From the IMG/VR virus record IMGVR_UViG_3300047323_000190, positions 1,346 through 65,345 of that record: a stretch of 64,000 nt of DNA; one strand, 5' to 3'. Shown here piece by piece: positions 1 through 8,805 of the stretch. The notes under the pieces were generated by a model, which was given only the letters and a program-made list of their open reading frames with translations, searched no databases and was not told the DNA's origin. Position 1 is the stretch's first letter. Every line of letters starts with the position of its first letter. The position numbers and the translations under genes are program-made. Source of the DNA: a virus. Its lineage: Duplodnaviria; Caudoviricetes.

Positions 1-2
1 CA

Positions 3-83
3 GATCTGAATATCAACAACGTCAATATCGCCACCTCGCAGACGGTGCAGATCACGAGTTGGACCCTCACTAACGGCAACTAG
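3..83 (+). CDS. 3' end of a virion structural protein (5' truncated by window)
   Basis: Reads DLNINNVNIATSQTVQITSWTLTNGN*; stop lies 2 nt before the next ATG. Confidence 0.6.
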   Translation, partial: DLNINNVNIATSQTVQITSWTLTNGN

Positions 84-85
84 CC

Positions 86-1714
86 ATGGCTCAAAAGACC
101 GTCCTTCTCACGACTGCAGGAGACGGTACATGGCCTCGTCCCGCTGACTGTCCGACTGTCGTCGATCTCATTGAGGTCTGGTCAGGTGCGGGCGGTGGTG
201 GCGGTTGCGGCAACAGCGCATCTGGTTCATCGGGCGGAGGCGGCGGAGCTGCGTATTCGGCATCGGCTAACGTCACGATCTCTGCCAGCAATTCGTATCA
301 CATTGCTGGCAACGCAGCCGGTGGAGCGGCCACGGGTACGGTCGGTGTCGCGGGTACCGATGGTGACGACACGTTTTTCGGTGCGTCCACCTTCGCGGCC
401 TCGACGGTTGCAGCAAAGGGCGGCAAGGGTGGCGGCAACGGCAGCACGCTCACGGGTGGCGCGGGCGGCGACTCGACTGTCGGTATCGGTACGACCCGAT
501 TCAGTGGCGGCAAGGGCGGTAACGGTGCAGCCGCGGGGGCAGCGGGTGGCGGCGGTGGCTCCGCGGGTCCGCATGGTGCTGGCGTCGCGGGTTCGAACGG
601 ATCGGGAGCCAACGCTGGCGCAGGCGGCGCCGGGGATAACAGTTCAGGTGGTGCGGGTGGAACCGGTGGCGCAGGCGCTGGCGGTGCAGGTACGGCCAGC
701 GCGAACGGCGCAGGCGGCGGTGGCGGCACAGGCGATACAGGCGGCGCCACGCAGCAGCCGGGCGGCGCTGGCGGCGATACTGGTGGCGGCGGCGGTGGTG
801 CGAACGGCGCAGGTAATGGCGGCGTCGGCGGCCAGGCCGGCCGCGGTCAGATTCGCATCACCTACACGCAGATCGTCATCACCGGCACCGGCGCATCAAC
901 GCAGGCGGCTAATACGTCGTCGGCTTCCGGTTCCGTCACTGTCGCTGGCTCGTCGGCTAGCACGCAACAGAAGAACGCTGCAGGGGCCTCCGGTTCGGTA
1001 GCCGTATCAGGATCGTCGGCATCCGCACAGGCGAACAATGCCTCCTCCGCTGCTGGCGCGGTTTCGATCAGCGGCTCTGCTGCGTCGATTCAGGCCGTCA
1101 ATACGGCATCTGCGTCTGGCGGCCCGATCGCATCCGGATCGAGCGCGTCCGCGCAGCAAAAGAACGCGAGCGCGGCAAGTGGTTCCGCAGTCATCAGCGG
1201 TACGGCAGCGAGCACACAAGCGCCGAATGCGTCGAATGCTTCGGGCACGGTTGGCAACGGCATCTCCGGATCGGGCGCGAGCACTCAGGCACCGAACGTT
1301 TCTTCTGCGTCGGGTGGCGTCGCTGTCTCAGGCGCCGCCGCTTCGACACAAGGCAAGAATGTCGCTTCGGCATCGGGCGCCGCCCTGGTGTCTGGTTCGG
1401 CCGCTTCCGTTCAATCACCCGACGTATCGGCTGCTTCCGGAACGGTTGGTAGCGCTCCGATCACAGGATCTGGTTCATCGATTCAGGCACAGAACGTCTC
1501 GCTGGCTGTTGGCGCGGTATCTGTTACCGGCTCAGCCAGTAGCACTCAGGCGCCGAATATGTCGAGTGGTTCGGGCCGGGTCGTCGGCGCGTCCTATCCC
1601 GTCGATCAGAACTACCTCGTCACAGTTCCGCAACGCGCGTTCTACGCCAGTACTCCGGCGCGGTCCTTCTATTCTGCGGCTCCAGCCCGCTACTTCTACG
1701 TGAAGTGCAGATGA
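86..1714 (+). CDS. Gly-rich / Ser-Ala-repeat virion fibre-like protein
   Basis: Gly-rich N-half (GAGGGGG, GGKGG) followed by about 20-aa SGSxASTQxxNxSxASG repeats. Confidence 0.7.
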   Translation: MAQKTVLLTTAGDGTWPRPADCPTVVDLIEVWSGAGGGGGCGNSASGSSGGGGGAAYSASANVTISASNSYHIAGNAAGGAATGTVGVAGTDGDDTFFGASTFAASTVAAKGGKGGGNGSTLTGGAGGDSTVGIGTTRFSGGKGGNGAAAGAAGGGGGSAGPHGAGVAGSNGSGANAGAGGAGDNSSGGAGGTGGAGAGGAGTASANGAGGGGGTGDTGGATQQPGGAGGDTGGGGGGANGAGNGGVGGQAGRGQIRITYTQIVITGTGASTQAANTSSASGSVTVAGSSASTQQKNAAGASGSVAVSGSSASAQANNASSAAGAVSISGSAASIQAVNTASASGGPIASGSSASAQQKNASAASGSAVISGTAASTQAPNASNASGTVGNGISGSGASTQAPNVSSASGGVAVSGAAASTQGKNVASASGAALVSGSAASVQSPDVSAASGTVGSAPITGSGSSIQAQNVSLAVGAVSVTGSASSTQAPNMSSGSGRVVGASYPVDQNYLVTVPQRAFYASTPARSFYSAAPARYFYVKCR

Positions 1715-2073
1715 ACTTCAATCCGATTCAGTCGCAGATGGAGCCGAAAGACCCGCGTGAGACGGTTGTAATCACGCTCGACGCGACGGCGATGCTTGCA
1801 CCCGGTGAGACGCTGACCAGCATAACGACCATATCGATCCTGACTACGGTCGGCACCGATGCAACGCCGTTGCTTGTGCTATCCGGACAAATCATCAACT
1901 CGGCACCGCTCACGCTGCTCAATGGCAAGACGATCGCTACGGGTTGCGCTGTTCAGGCTGCCGCATCGGCAGGCCAGTTCGCTTCGCAATATTGGATCTG
2001 CGCAACCTGCCCGACGAGCAATCCAAACAAGGTTCTGACGCTCAAGGCGATGCTTCCGATGGCCACGATGTAG
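1711..2073 (+). CDS. Putative fibre adaptor/collar protein
   Basis: ATGA overlap with the fibre gene; KDPxE motif, predicted beta-rich. Confidence 0.5.
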   Translation: MNFNPIQSQMEPKDPRETVVITLDATAMLAPGETLTSITTISILTTVGTDATPLLVLSGQIINSAPLTLLNGKTIATGCAVQAAASAGQFASQYWICATCPTSNPNKVLTLKAMLPMATM

Positions 2074-2094
2074 GCCATCCACGCCCTCACACAC

Positions 2095-2116
2095 AACCGC
2101 CTTCGGGCGGTTTTTT
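2095..2116 (+). terminator. Rho-independent terminator
   Basis: AACCGCC-TTCG-GGCGGTT-TTTT. Confidence 0.85.
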
Positions 2117-2127
2117 CGTTTACGGCC

Positions 2128-2571
2128 ATGACAAACGTTGCACACGAACACGAACAGCACGAAACGATCGTGATTGACACGTTCTATCCCGATCACGCTC
2201 CGCGCACTGAATCAGCCCTGTTCCGCAAGACCAAGCATCACCTCGTTGCCGTTCTCGATACGCCGTGCTGGGTGTGTGGCTCAAAGGAGTCGCGCGAAGT
2301 CCATCACTTCCATGCGGAATGGGCGGACGCTGACGGAATCGACTTCGACAAGATGCGCGAACTGCATCCTGACTTCGATTGGTCGACGTTCAATGATCCG
2401 AGCGACTTCATCGACTCCGAATACAACATGCTCGTTTTATGCGAGCGCCATCACCGCGGCAAGAATCACGGCATCCATCTATTGCCCTATCCCATCTGGA
2501 TCATGCAGCGCAATCAACGTGCTGACTTCATCTTCTCGCCCGACGAGATACCCACAAAGGAGAAAGCATGA
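2128..2571 (+). CDS. HNH-like zinc-binding protein
   Basis: CWVCG...EVHH...N..VLCERHH pattern. Confidence 0.6.
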   Translation: MTNVAHEHEQHETIVIDTFYPDHAPRTESALFRKTKHHLVAVLDTPCWVCGSKESREVHHFHAEWADADGIDFDKMRELHPDFDWSTFNDPSDFIDSEYNMLVLCERHHRGKNHGIHLLPYPIWIMQRNQRADFIFSPDEIPTKEKA

Positions 2572-2750
2572 ACACATACGTAAAGATCGGCTGTTACGCA
2601 GCCCTCATGGCCGCATGGGGAGTCTTCGCATTCTTCGGCAAGACACCCGTTGACGGCTTCATCACCGCAGTGACTGGCGCCCTGTCGGCTCTCGGCGCAA
2701 TTCACGCGCTGGGCTCGAAGTCGGACAAGTCCACCCCTCCGCAGCAATAA
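2568..2750 (+). CDS. Small two-TM membrane protein, holin-like
   Basis: 60 aa with two hydrophobic segments; AAGGAG SD. Confidence 0.55.
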   Translation: MNTYVKIGCYAALMAAWGVFAFFGKTPVDGFITAVTGALSALGAIHALGSKSDKSTPPQQ

Positions 2751-2783
2751 CCTTCCCGCCTCAACTCCCGAAAGGTCTCACCC

Positions 2784-3224
2784 ATGAAATCGTTTCTGAT
2801 TGCCGCATTCGCGGCTGTTTGTGTTGCGTTCGCCGGCTGCGCCCAGGCGCCCAAGGTTGCTGGCGATTTTCAGGCGCAAGTCGCAAAGGCCTGTGCCGTC
2901 GTTCAGCCGACGCTGCTGTCGGTGCAGGCGATGACGGTCAGTGACCCGGCCCAGCAAGTCATCATCGGCCAGGTGGTGAAGCTCAACGGTTCCGTGTGCG
3001 CCGCCAATGCATCTGTCGATCCATCCAATGTATCCGCGCTCGTCAATACGTCGATTCCGGCCGCCGTGCAGGTGATCGCGCTGCTTCCGATCGATGATGC
3101 AGCGAAGGCGGGCGCGCAGATCGGTCTGATGGCGTTTCAAGTCGCGCTCTCCGCGGCGCTCGCGCAATACGGCACGCCGACGACGGCAGCACCTGCGCCA
3201 GCATCCGGAGCGGCGACGCAATGA
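2784..3224 (+). CDS. Lipoprotein
   Basis: MKSFLIAAFAAVCVAFAG-C lipobox. Confidence 0.75.
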   Translation: MKSFLIAAFAAVCVAFAGCAQAPKVAGDFQAQVAKACAVVQPTLLSVQAMTVSDPAQQVIIGQVVKLNGSVCAANASVDPSNVSALVNTSIPAAVQVIALLPIDDAAKAGAQIGLMAFQVALSAALAQYGTPTTAAPAPASGAATQ

Positions 3225-3622
3225 GCAAGTTCCTGTCCGAACTCCAGGTCGAGAACGCAACCGGCCTTGATGACGGCAAGTGGCGCTTAACTGCGCCGCT
3301 CGTCTATCAGTCTGACGTGGCCGGGATGACGTTCACGGCTCCTGCCGGCATGGTCACCGATTTCGCCTCAGTTCCAAGGGCGCCCCTGGCCTATATGCTC
3401 TTTGGAGACCGGGCAAGCGAAGCGTCTGTGATCCATGACTACCTCTATGGTTCTCGCATCGTTCCGCGCGCAATGGCTGATGCCGTGCTGCGTGAAGCAT
3501 CGGCGGTAACCGGAGTGTCGTGGTTCGCGCGCAATTCGATGTGGCTTGGCGTACGGCTGTTCGGCGGCTCGCATTGGAGCCCGGAACCGGCTGCGCCCGT
3601 TGCGGAACACGAGCATCACTGA
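3221..3622 (+). CDS. DUF1353-family protein
   Basis: G.VTDFASVP...AS.IHDYLY...AD motifs. Confidence 0.85.
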   Translation: MSKFLSELQVENATGLDDGKWRLTAPLVYQSDVAGMTFTAPAGMVTDFASVPRAPLAYMLFGDRASEASVIHDYLYGSRIVPRAMADAVLREASAVTGVSWFARNSMWLGVRLFGGSHWSPEPAAPVAEHEHH

Positions 3623-3679
3623 TGCACGTTTAACAGCCTATCCTTTGTATCCGCCGAAAACAGCTTTTAGTTTGTATTC

Positions 3680-3716
3680 CCGCTATACCTTGGAATCTCT
3701 TTCCGGGGTATAGCGG
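3680..3716. terminator. Strong hairpin between convergent transcription units
   Basis: CCGCTATACC...GGTATAGCGG inverted repeat. Confidence 0.55.
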
Positions 3717-3745
3717 CACCCCTCTTCTCTCGCCATTGGCGACGA

Positions 3746-4150
3746 TCAAACAGTCCTTTCCGCTACTATCTTCCGGGCGCATGAGTCTTTCGTGTTCAGC
3801 GCCCGAATCTGCCTTGCTGCTTCCCTCAGTTCGTCGGCGCCTTCTACATCGGCAAACTTAGCCCGCTCGTCGCACAGGTCCGCAGCTTTTGCGATCGCAA
3901 GGTCAAAAGCCTCGTAAGCCGCAGTGACGGCGGCATAGTTGGCGATCACCTCCGCCTCACCAGACCATTCATTGTCGTTTTGCTTGTTTGCATGGGCTGC
4001 GCACCTGTCAGCCAGCGCATCAAGTGTCGGCTCATCGACCGGAGCCGCATCCCGGCCTTCCCAGCCAGCGCGCGCAGGCTCTTCATCGTCCGAATAAAGA
4101 CGGTCGCTGATAACCTGCTGATGGAACCACAAATCGAAAGCTTCGCTCAT
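3746..4150 (-). CDS. Hypothetical phage protein
   Basis: ORF coupled to the upstream stop by ATGA. Confidence 0.65.
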   Translation of the reverse strand: MSEAFDLWFHQQVISDRLYSDDEEPARAGWEGRDAAPVDEPTLDALADRCAAHANKQNDNEWSGEAEVIANYAAVTAAYEAFDLAIAKAADLCDERAKFADVEGADELREAARQIRALNTKDSCARKIVAERTV

Positions 4151-4326
4151 CGTTTCTCCGTTGATTGTTTCGCCCAAACAAACGCCAGCCTAGCCCAGGC
4201 ATCATCCTTCGGGCAGCCGGTCACGCTCGCGAAATGATCGAAGTCATCCAGCGGCGTATGCCCCAGATCGTTCGGCTCGTTTGGCATGTCAGCCAGAATC
4301 GCCTCAGGGTTTCCGTATTCGAACAT
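4147..4326 (-). CDS. Hypothetical protein
   Basis: GGGAGG SD before MFEYG. Confidence 0.6.
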   Translation of the reverse strand: MFEYGNPEAILADMPNEPNDLGHTPLDDFDHFASVTGCPKDDAWARLAFVWAKQSTEKR

Positions 4327-4381
4327 GGTCGCCTCCCATTTGCACAAAACAGCCGTCGCTAATGGCGCTGTAACCGACTGA

Positions 4382-4897
4382 TTATGCTGCCTGTTTCAGC
4401 ACCTTCGGAATCACGACATTATATTGAGGCATGAATCGCCCGATATATTGAGTTTCGAGGTCGTCCAACTCCTTCTCTGCGCACTCGATTATGTGGTACG
4501 AGTCGAACACTTTTCCGCCTTCCTTGAAATGCGTACCGATCCGGGCATGACAGTTTGCCGATTGGCCTACATAAACGATGATTCCGTTGCTCAGAAGTAG
4601 GTAGACGCCGCATAGTTGCTTGATCGGCTGCGCGAGATTTCGCACTTCCTCTTCTGATAAAAGGTCGGCCCTCGGCACATACGTTTTGATTTGCCGGAAC
4701 CTCTTCGGAAGATCGCCTTTCTTGAAAATGCCCCGCTCAGTGTTCATTTCGACGGCGCGCACAATTGCGGACTCTCGATCCTTCCCCAATCCTTTCGATT
4801 GTTTCGTGGATGGGTCTCGGTACGAATAATATCCAACAGAGTTTACATACAGATTGGGCGGCAGGTTTTCGCGGTCTTCGTTTCTGGGTCGTGCCAT
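4382..4897 (-). CDS. Lambda-integrase N-terminal (arm-binding) domain fused to a GIY-YIG nuclease
   Basis: MARPR...LPPNLY...GYYSYRDP.T....GLG.DR..AI..A.E.N, then GVY-x9-YVG...R...E...YN. Confidence 0.8.
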   Translation of the reverse strand: MARPRNEDRENLPPNLYVNSVGYYSYRDPSTKQSKGLGKDRESAIVRAVEMNTERGIFKKGDLPKRFRQIKTYVPRADLLSEEEVRNLAQPIKQLCGVYLLLSNGIIVYVGQSANCHARIGTHFKEGGKVFDSYHIIECAEKELDDLETQYIGRFMPQYNVVIPKVLKQAA

Positions 4898-4938
4898 CTT
4901 GGCTAGTTCCTGGGATCTTGGTGTGATTGTTTCCTCGC

Positions 4939-5192
4939 GGTGCCAATTTGGTGCCATGGCGCGCGAGACAAAACCTAACCCGTTGAAAACCAAGACACTT
5001 TACCGAGGTACTGATTCCATCGATGATGGGTTTCGAGTAGTCGGCTATGAGCCTTGATTTCATTGGGTTTCGTTGTTTCTCAAGGGTTTACGGCTCGTTT
5101 GTATCCGTACCATATTACCTCGTTTACCCTCATCCTGTCTTGTTTTTGTGGTGCCACGGTGCCAAAATCGGTGCCGCAAAACTCATGGCACC
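4939..5192. other. Putative attP with arm repeats, IHF-like sites and core
   Basis: GGTGCCA at 4939, 4950, 5150, 5158; GGTGCCG at 5170; inverted TGGCACC at 5186; TCAA-N4-TTA IHF-like boxes; candidate core CGATGATGG at 5021-5029. Confidence 0.65.
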
Positions 5193-5206
5193 ACGGGACA
5201 GGACAA

Positions 5207-6292
5207 ATGGGCGCAATCACACCTAGAACGAACAAGGATGGTAGCACCTCCTACAAGGCCCAAGTGCGGATACGCAAGGGCGGCAAGGTTCTGCACCAGG
5301 AAACACAGACCTTCACGCGAGAGCAGGCGGCCAAGGCCTGGGTTAAGAAACGCGAGACCGAACTGGCTGATCCAACCGGCCTGAAAAAGGCGCTGGCGGA
5401 AGACCCGCCGATTAAAGACCTGATCGACCGCGCTCGCAGGGAAACGAAAAGGCGCATGAGCACATCAAAGATCAATGTGCTGAAAATGATCGAAGCGCAT
5501 GAATTTGCTGAAACGAAATGCTCGCATATCGACAGCGCTGCGCTGGTCAAGTTCGTTAATAGTCTCGGCGTTTCGCCATCGACGGGTGATAATTATTTCT
5601 CTCACCTGTCATCCGTTCTGAAAATCGCCCGTCCAGCATGGGGATATCCGGTCGATAATCAGGCGATTGAAGATGCGCGAGTCGTGATGAAACGGATGGG
5701 CACCATTGCCCGTTCGAATAAACGTGACCGGCGCCCGACTCGTGACGAAATGAATCGGCTAATGGACTATTTCAGCAAATCCAAAAGCACGCGCGGCGAT
5801 ACCGTACCGATGACGGCGATTTGCCTGATGACGATTTATTCGTTGCGCCGGGCAATCGAGATATGCAATATCACCTGGCAGGATTTAGACGTCGATGGGT
5901 GCCGGGTAATGGTCCGTGATCTGAAACACCCGGAAGAAAAACAGGGAAACGATACCTGGTGCTATCTGACACCCGAAGCCCTACGCGTCATTCAGGCTCA
6001 ACCGAAAGTAGAAGGTCAGCCGCGAATCTTCCCATATGCGGAAAAGTCAGCCAGCATGGCTTTCACCAATGCCGTGCAGGCGCTGGGCATTGACGATCTA
6101 GTCCTGAATGACCTGCGCCACGAGGGAGCCTCGCGCCTGTCTGAGATGGGCTGGACTGTTCAGCGCGTTGCGTCCGTTTCTGGGCACCGATCGTGGAATA
6201 CCCTGAAACGGTACACGCACGTTCGGGAGGTTGGCGACAAATGGGCTGGCTGGGAATGGCTGGACCGGGTAGCTCCTCAAGCGGCAAACTGA
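5207..6292 (+). CDS. int: Tyrosine integrase, dusA-associated-integrase-like
   Basis: R (SLRR), K (DLKH), NDLRH, SGH, RY catalytic motifs; N-terminus MGAITPRTNKDGSTSYKAQVRI resembles this family. Confidence 0.93.
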   Translation: MGAITPRTNKDGSTSYKAQVRIRKGGKVLHQETQTFTREQAAKAWVKKRETELADPTGLKKALAEDPPIKDLIDRARRETKRRMSTSKINVLKMIEAHEFAETKCSHIDSAALVKFVNSLGVSPSTGDNYFSHLSSVLKIARPAWGYPVDNQAIEDARVVMKRMGTIARSNKRDRRPTRDEMNRLMDYFSKSKSTRGDTVPMTAICLMTIYSLRRAIEICNITWQDLDVDGCRVMVRDLKHPEEKQGNDTWCYLTPEALRVIQAQPKVEGQPRIFPYAEKSASMAFTNAVQALGIDDLVLNDLRHEGASRLSEMGWTVQRVASVSGHRSWNTLKRYTHVREVGDKWAGWEWLDRVAPQAAN

Positions 6293-6537
6293 TCCCGTTC
6301 CTTCACCGCCGCCGCCCGCTGCGCGTCGATATAGTCGGCTAGGTCCTGCACGTACACGCCCTTGGCTGACTTGGCGCTCTTCTCGATGCGCACGAGCGGC
6401 AAGCCGATCTCGCCCAGCGAGATTTTCCGGAGCAATTTGTCAAGCTCCAGGTGGCTGAAGTATTCCCGGCGCACCTCGTCGATCGGGATGACTGCGCGCG
6501 CCCCGAACTGCGCCATGAGCAAAAACACTGTATTCAT
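6277..6537 (-). CDS. Pyocin activator PrtN-family protein, probable excisionase/RDF
   Basis: MNTVFLLMAQF...IP...V...YF.HL...K...DLADYID; convergent with int. Confidence 0.85.
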   Translation of the reverse strand: MNTVFLLMAQFGARAVIPIDEVRREYFSHLELDKLLRKISLGEIGLPLVRIEKSAKSAKGVYVQDLADYIDAQRAAAVKERDQFAA

Positions 6538-6878
6538 TCTTCCCTCTCCCGTTCCCATAGTCTGCAAGCCGGCGACCTCAGCAAAATGTCCGTCCCCGGT
6601 CCACTCGTCCACTTCGGCCTGATCAGTTCGCACTTGTAGTAGGTTCGGCAACCGTAGTTACCGGTCCCGACAGCATGATGACAAGATCGACACCGCTCTC
6701 CAGCCGGTCCAGTTCCCGGCGGCGCTGCATACCCGTTCGGCCTCGTCGGCTTGCGTACTGCCTTCGACTCGCTTATCTCGATCACGACCGTTTCGCCGAA
6801 CAGGTCGACTACCTCTCGCCGTTCCATGTCGAACTCCCTCGCGGTAACCCGCAAAATCCGTTGTAACGCTGTCTCCAT
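6534..6878 (-). CDS. Cys-rich hypothetical protein
   Basis: GYAAPPGTGP.GE.C.SC.H...YYKC motif; start at 6878 or 6827. Confidence 0.7.
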   Translation of the reverse strand: METALQRILRVTAREFDMERREVVDLFGETVVIEISESKAVRKPTRPNGYAAPPGTGPAGERCRSCHHAVGTGNYGCRTYYKCELIRPKWTSGPGTDILLRSPACRLWEREREE

Positions 6879-7042
6879 CAATATTCGTCGTAGTAAGCTG
6901 GCAACCGTCGATCCCGCATCCCATCGGCGTGACCGCGCATCCATGCCTTGTAGTCAAACTGGCGATGCATCGACGAATACGGGCAGTCGAACCACGAACG
7001 GCCTGACCTCCCGGCCTGATAACCAAGGTCATAAGCGCTCAT
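6878..7042 (-). CDS. RMF/CrpP-fold small protein (54 aa, absent from ORF track)
   Basis: Manual translation MSAYDLGYQAGRSGRSWFDCPY...AWMRG; coupled to both neighbours. Confidence 0.6.
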   Translation of the reverse strand: MSAYDLGYQAGRSGRSWFDCPYSSMHRQFDYKAWMRGHADGMRDRRLPAYYDEY

Positions 7043-7242
7043 TCATCCTCCACCGTGTCGTCAAAATGCTGCGACGCTTTTCGTGCCATCGTCCTGATAG
7101 CTTCCAGTAACTTCCCGTCTGGCCGGTAGTGGCGGGTGTCCTTCAGGTGCTCCGCAATCTCGCACCACTCGCCCAGCGTCATGGTGAGCGTCATCGTCAT
7201 GGCGATCTCGTTTGGACGCTCTGCTTTGAATTGAGCTTTCAC
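7039..7242 (-). CDS. Hypothetical protein
   Basis: ORF in coupled operon. Confidence 0.6.
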   Translation of the reverse strand: MKAQFKAERPNEIAMTMTLTMTLGEWCEIAEHLKDTRHYRPDGKLLEAIRTMARKASQHFDDTVEDE

Positions 7243-7424
7243 CCCTTCTCTCCTTCAAGTTCCGCCTCAGCGATTACCATCCGCGATTCATCGACGTAAT
7301 CGCCCCATTGCCTGACTATCTCGCGGGCTCGCTGTACGTCGCACTGGAAGCACTTCTCGTTCAGTTTGTTGCCGTGGCTGCAAACCCACGTGTAACGTGT
7401 CGGCTCTGCGATCTTGATGCTCAT
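7239..7424 (-). CDS. Small Cys/His protein Y, copy A
   Basis: MSIKIAEP...CSHG...CFQC; paralog at 9401-9592. Confidence 0.7.
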   Translation of the reverse strand: MSIKIAEPTRYTWVCSHGNKLNEKCFQCDVQRAREIVRQWGDYVDESRMVIAEAELEGEKG

Positions 7425-7591
7425 TCTTTCGACCTCTCGTAATTCGCCCATGCCTGTATAGCCTCGTTGACGGTTTGCTCTGGCCAGCCGCGTTGCAGTA
7501 GCGCCGATCGCAGCGCGCCAACCCGTCGAATGCACTGGCTGCGCGCCAGATTCACGGCGTCGCGGAGTGCTTGGTATGTGTCTTCGGTCAT
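7261..7591. repeat. Diverged direct repeat, copy A (copy B about 9430-9759)
   Basis: About 330 bp; 7397-7477 is identical to 9565-9645. Confidence 0.95.
7421..7591 (-). CDS. Small protein X, copy A (56 aa)
   Basis: MTEDTYQALRDAVNLARSQ...; paralog at 9589-9759 with mostly synonymous changes. Confidence 0.7.
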   Translation of the reverse strand: MTEDTYQALRDAVNLARSQCIRRVGALRSALLQRGWPEQTVNEAIQAWANYERSKE

Positions 7592-7727
7592 CCCACCACC
7601 TCGTTATCCAGCGGCCCACCGCCGCACCAGGTCATCCAGTCGATACCGTTCATGTCGTTGTCGAAGAACGGCTGATACCAATACCCTCGGCGGAATGACC
7701 ACGACATGAGCGTTGAGTTAAGCCATC

Positions 7728-8021
7728 TCATGATGCTTGCTCGGCGAACATGTCTATGGTGCGCGTATCTCGCTCCGGTTCGGGTTCGAGCGGGCCGATG
7801 AACTTGGCGTGATCGGCCCATGCCTCGGCGAGTGCTTCGGCATGCGATGGCGGTGTATAGGGCCACTTGATGACAATCGCCTCGATGGTCGGCGCGGCTG
7901 GCCCGCTCTTGAGCGACGCAAAGAACGCATTCAGCTTCTCCGCGAGGACTTCCGCCTCTCGCTTGCCCGGAGTCGCGATAATGTCGTCCGGGCCTTGTAT
8001 GTGGACTGCGTAGAGGGTCAT
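7728..8021 (-). CDS. Hypothetical protein
   Basis: VHIQGPDD motif; C-terminal LEPEPERDTRTIDMF. Confidence 0.7.
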   Translation of the reverse strand: MTLYAVHIQGPDDIIATPGKREAEVLAEKLNAFFASLKSGPAAPTIEAIVIKWPYTPPSHAEALAEAWADHAKFIGPLEPEPERDTRTIDMFAEQAS

Positions 8022-8230
8022 GTAGGTTCTCCCTTGGCGGATGCGGCGTAGTCGGCCAACTTGATTGCCAGGTCCTCCTCAGTCATGCCAAGCGCCTTCG
8101 CCACCGCGCCGTATGCACGGCTCGCTTGCGACCGGCTAAGAGTCGGCAGCGGCATTTGATGCTCTTCGCTGAAATCGGTTACTTCAGATCGGATGTAATC
8201 TGCAGCGTCCGTATATGGGTATCGGCTCAT
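8018..8230 (-). CDS. Hypothetical protein
   Basis: Coupled ORF. Confidence 0.65.
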   Translation of the reverse strand: MSRYPYTDAADYIRSEVTDFSEEHQMPLPTLSRSQASRAYGAVAKALGMTEEDLAIKLADYAASAKGEPT

Positions 8231-8718
8231 GCCTTATCTCCCTTCTCTGCCATCACCCAATTACCCGTCTCGCTTTGTTTCATTCCGCTTACCGACCAGT
8301 CGTAGCGCGGGCCGCTGGCGACAGGGGCGGCGTAAGAGGCACGAATCAGCGTAATTACGTTCGTGAGCTGCGAGACAGCCTCGACGTTATCGGCTCGCGC
8401 GTCGCCGTATGCCTGAATCGCCATAACGATTTCGGCGGGCACCTTGCGCTGCTCCGCACCATTGGCAGCGATGCGGGATTCGTCGAACGCGCGATTGATA
8501 ACTTCCGCCAGAGATAATTCGCCGACCAGCTTGCTCTTGCTTTTGCCCCAGAAGCCGCCCAGAGCAATGACAAATTCGCCGAGTTCCCGGTTCTCAGATT
8601 CGAGTTCGGCGATGCGCGCGGCTTGCTGCTCGATCAACTTGAGCAGACCGTGACGATCGGCCGGAGTGATTTCGCGGTTGCAATCGCGGACCGTTTCAAT
8701 CAGTTTCGTTTGACTCAC
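8227..8718 (-). CDS. Hypothetical protein
   Basis: Coupled ORF; contains the LIEQQAARIA linker. Confidence 0.65.
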   Translation of the reverse strand: MSQTKLIETVRDCNREITPADRHGLLKLIEQQAARIAELESENRELGEFVIALGGFWGKSKSKLVGELSLAEVINRAFDESRIAANGAEQRKVPAEIVMAIQAYGDARADNVEAVSQLTNVITLIRASYAAPVASGPRYDWSVSGMKQSETGNWVMAEKGDKA

Positions 8719-8805
8719 CCCCGCCTCCCCATAAAAATATCAACACACGCATCCATCGACATACCGATCACCAGCACGAGGGCTGCTGTTGCGAGCAGTT
8801 CCATT

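Noticed and set aside
2128-3622. Endolysin in this cluster
   Set aside because: No lysozyme, amidase or peptidase motifs; the endolysin probably lies just outside the window
5054-5206. Longer integrase start from the ORF track
   Set aside because: Runs through the attP arm repeats; the family-like N-terminus and AGGA SD point to ATG 5207
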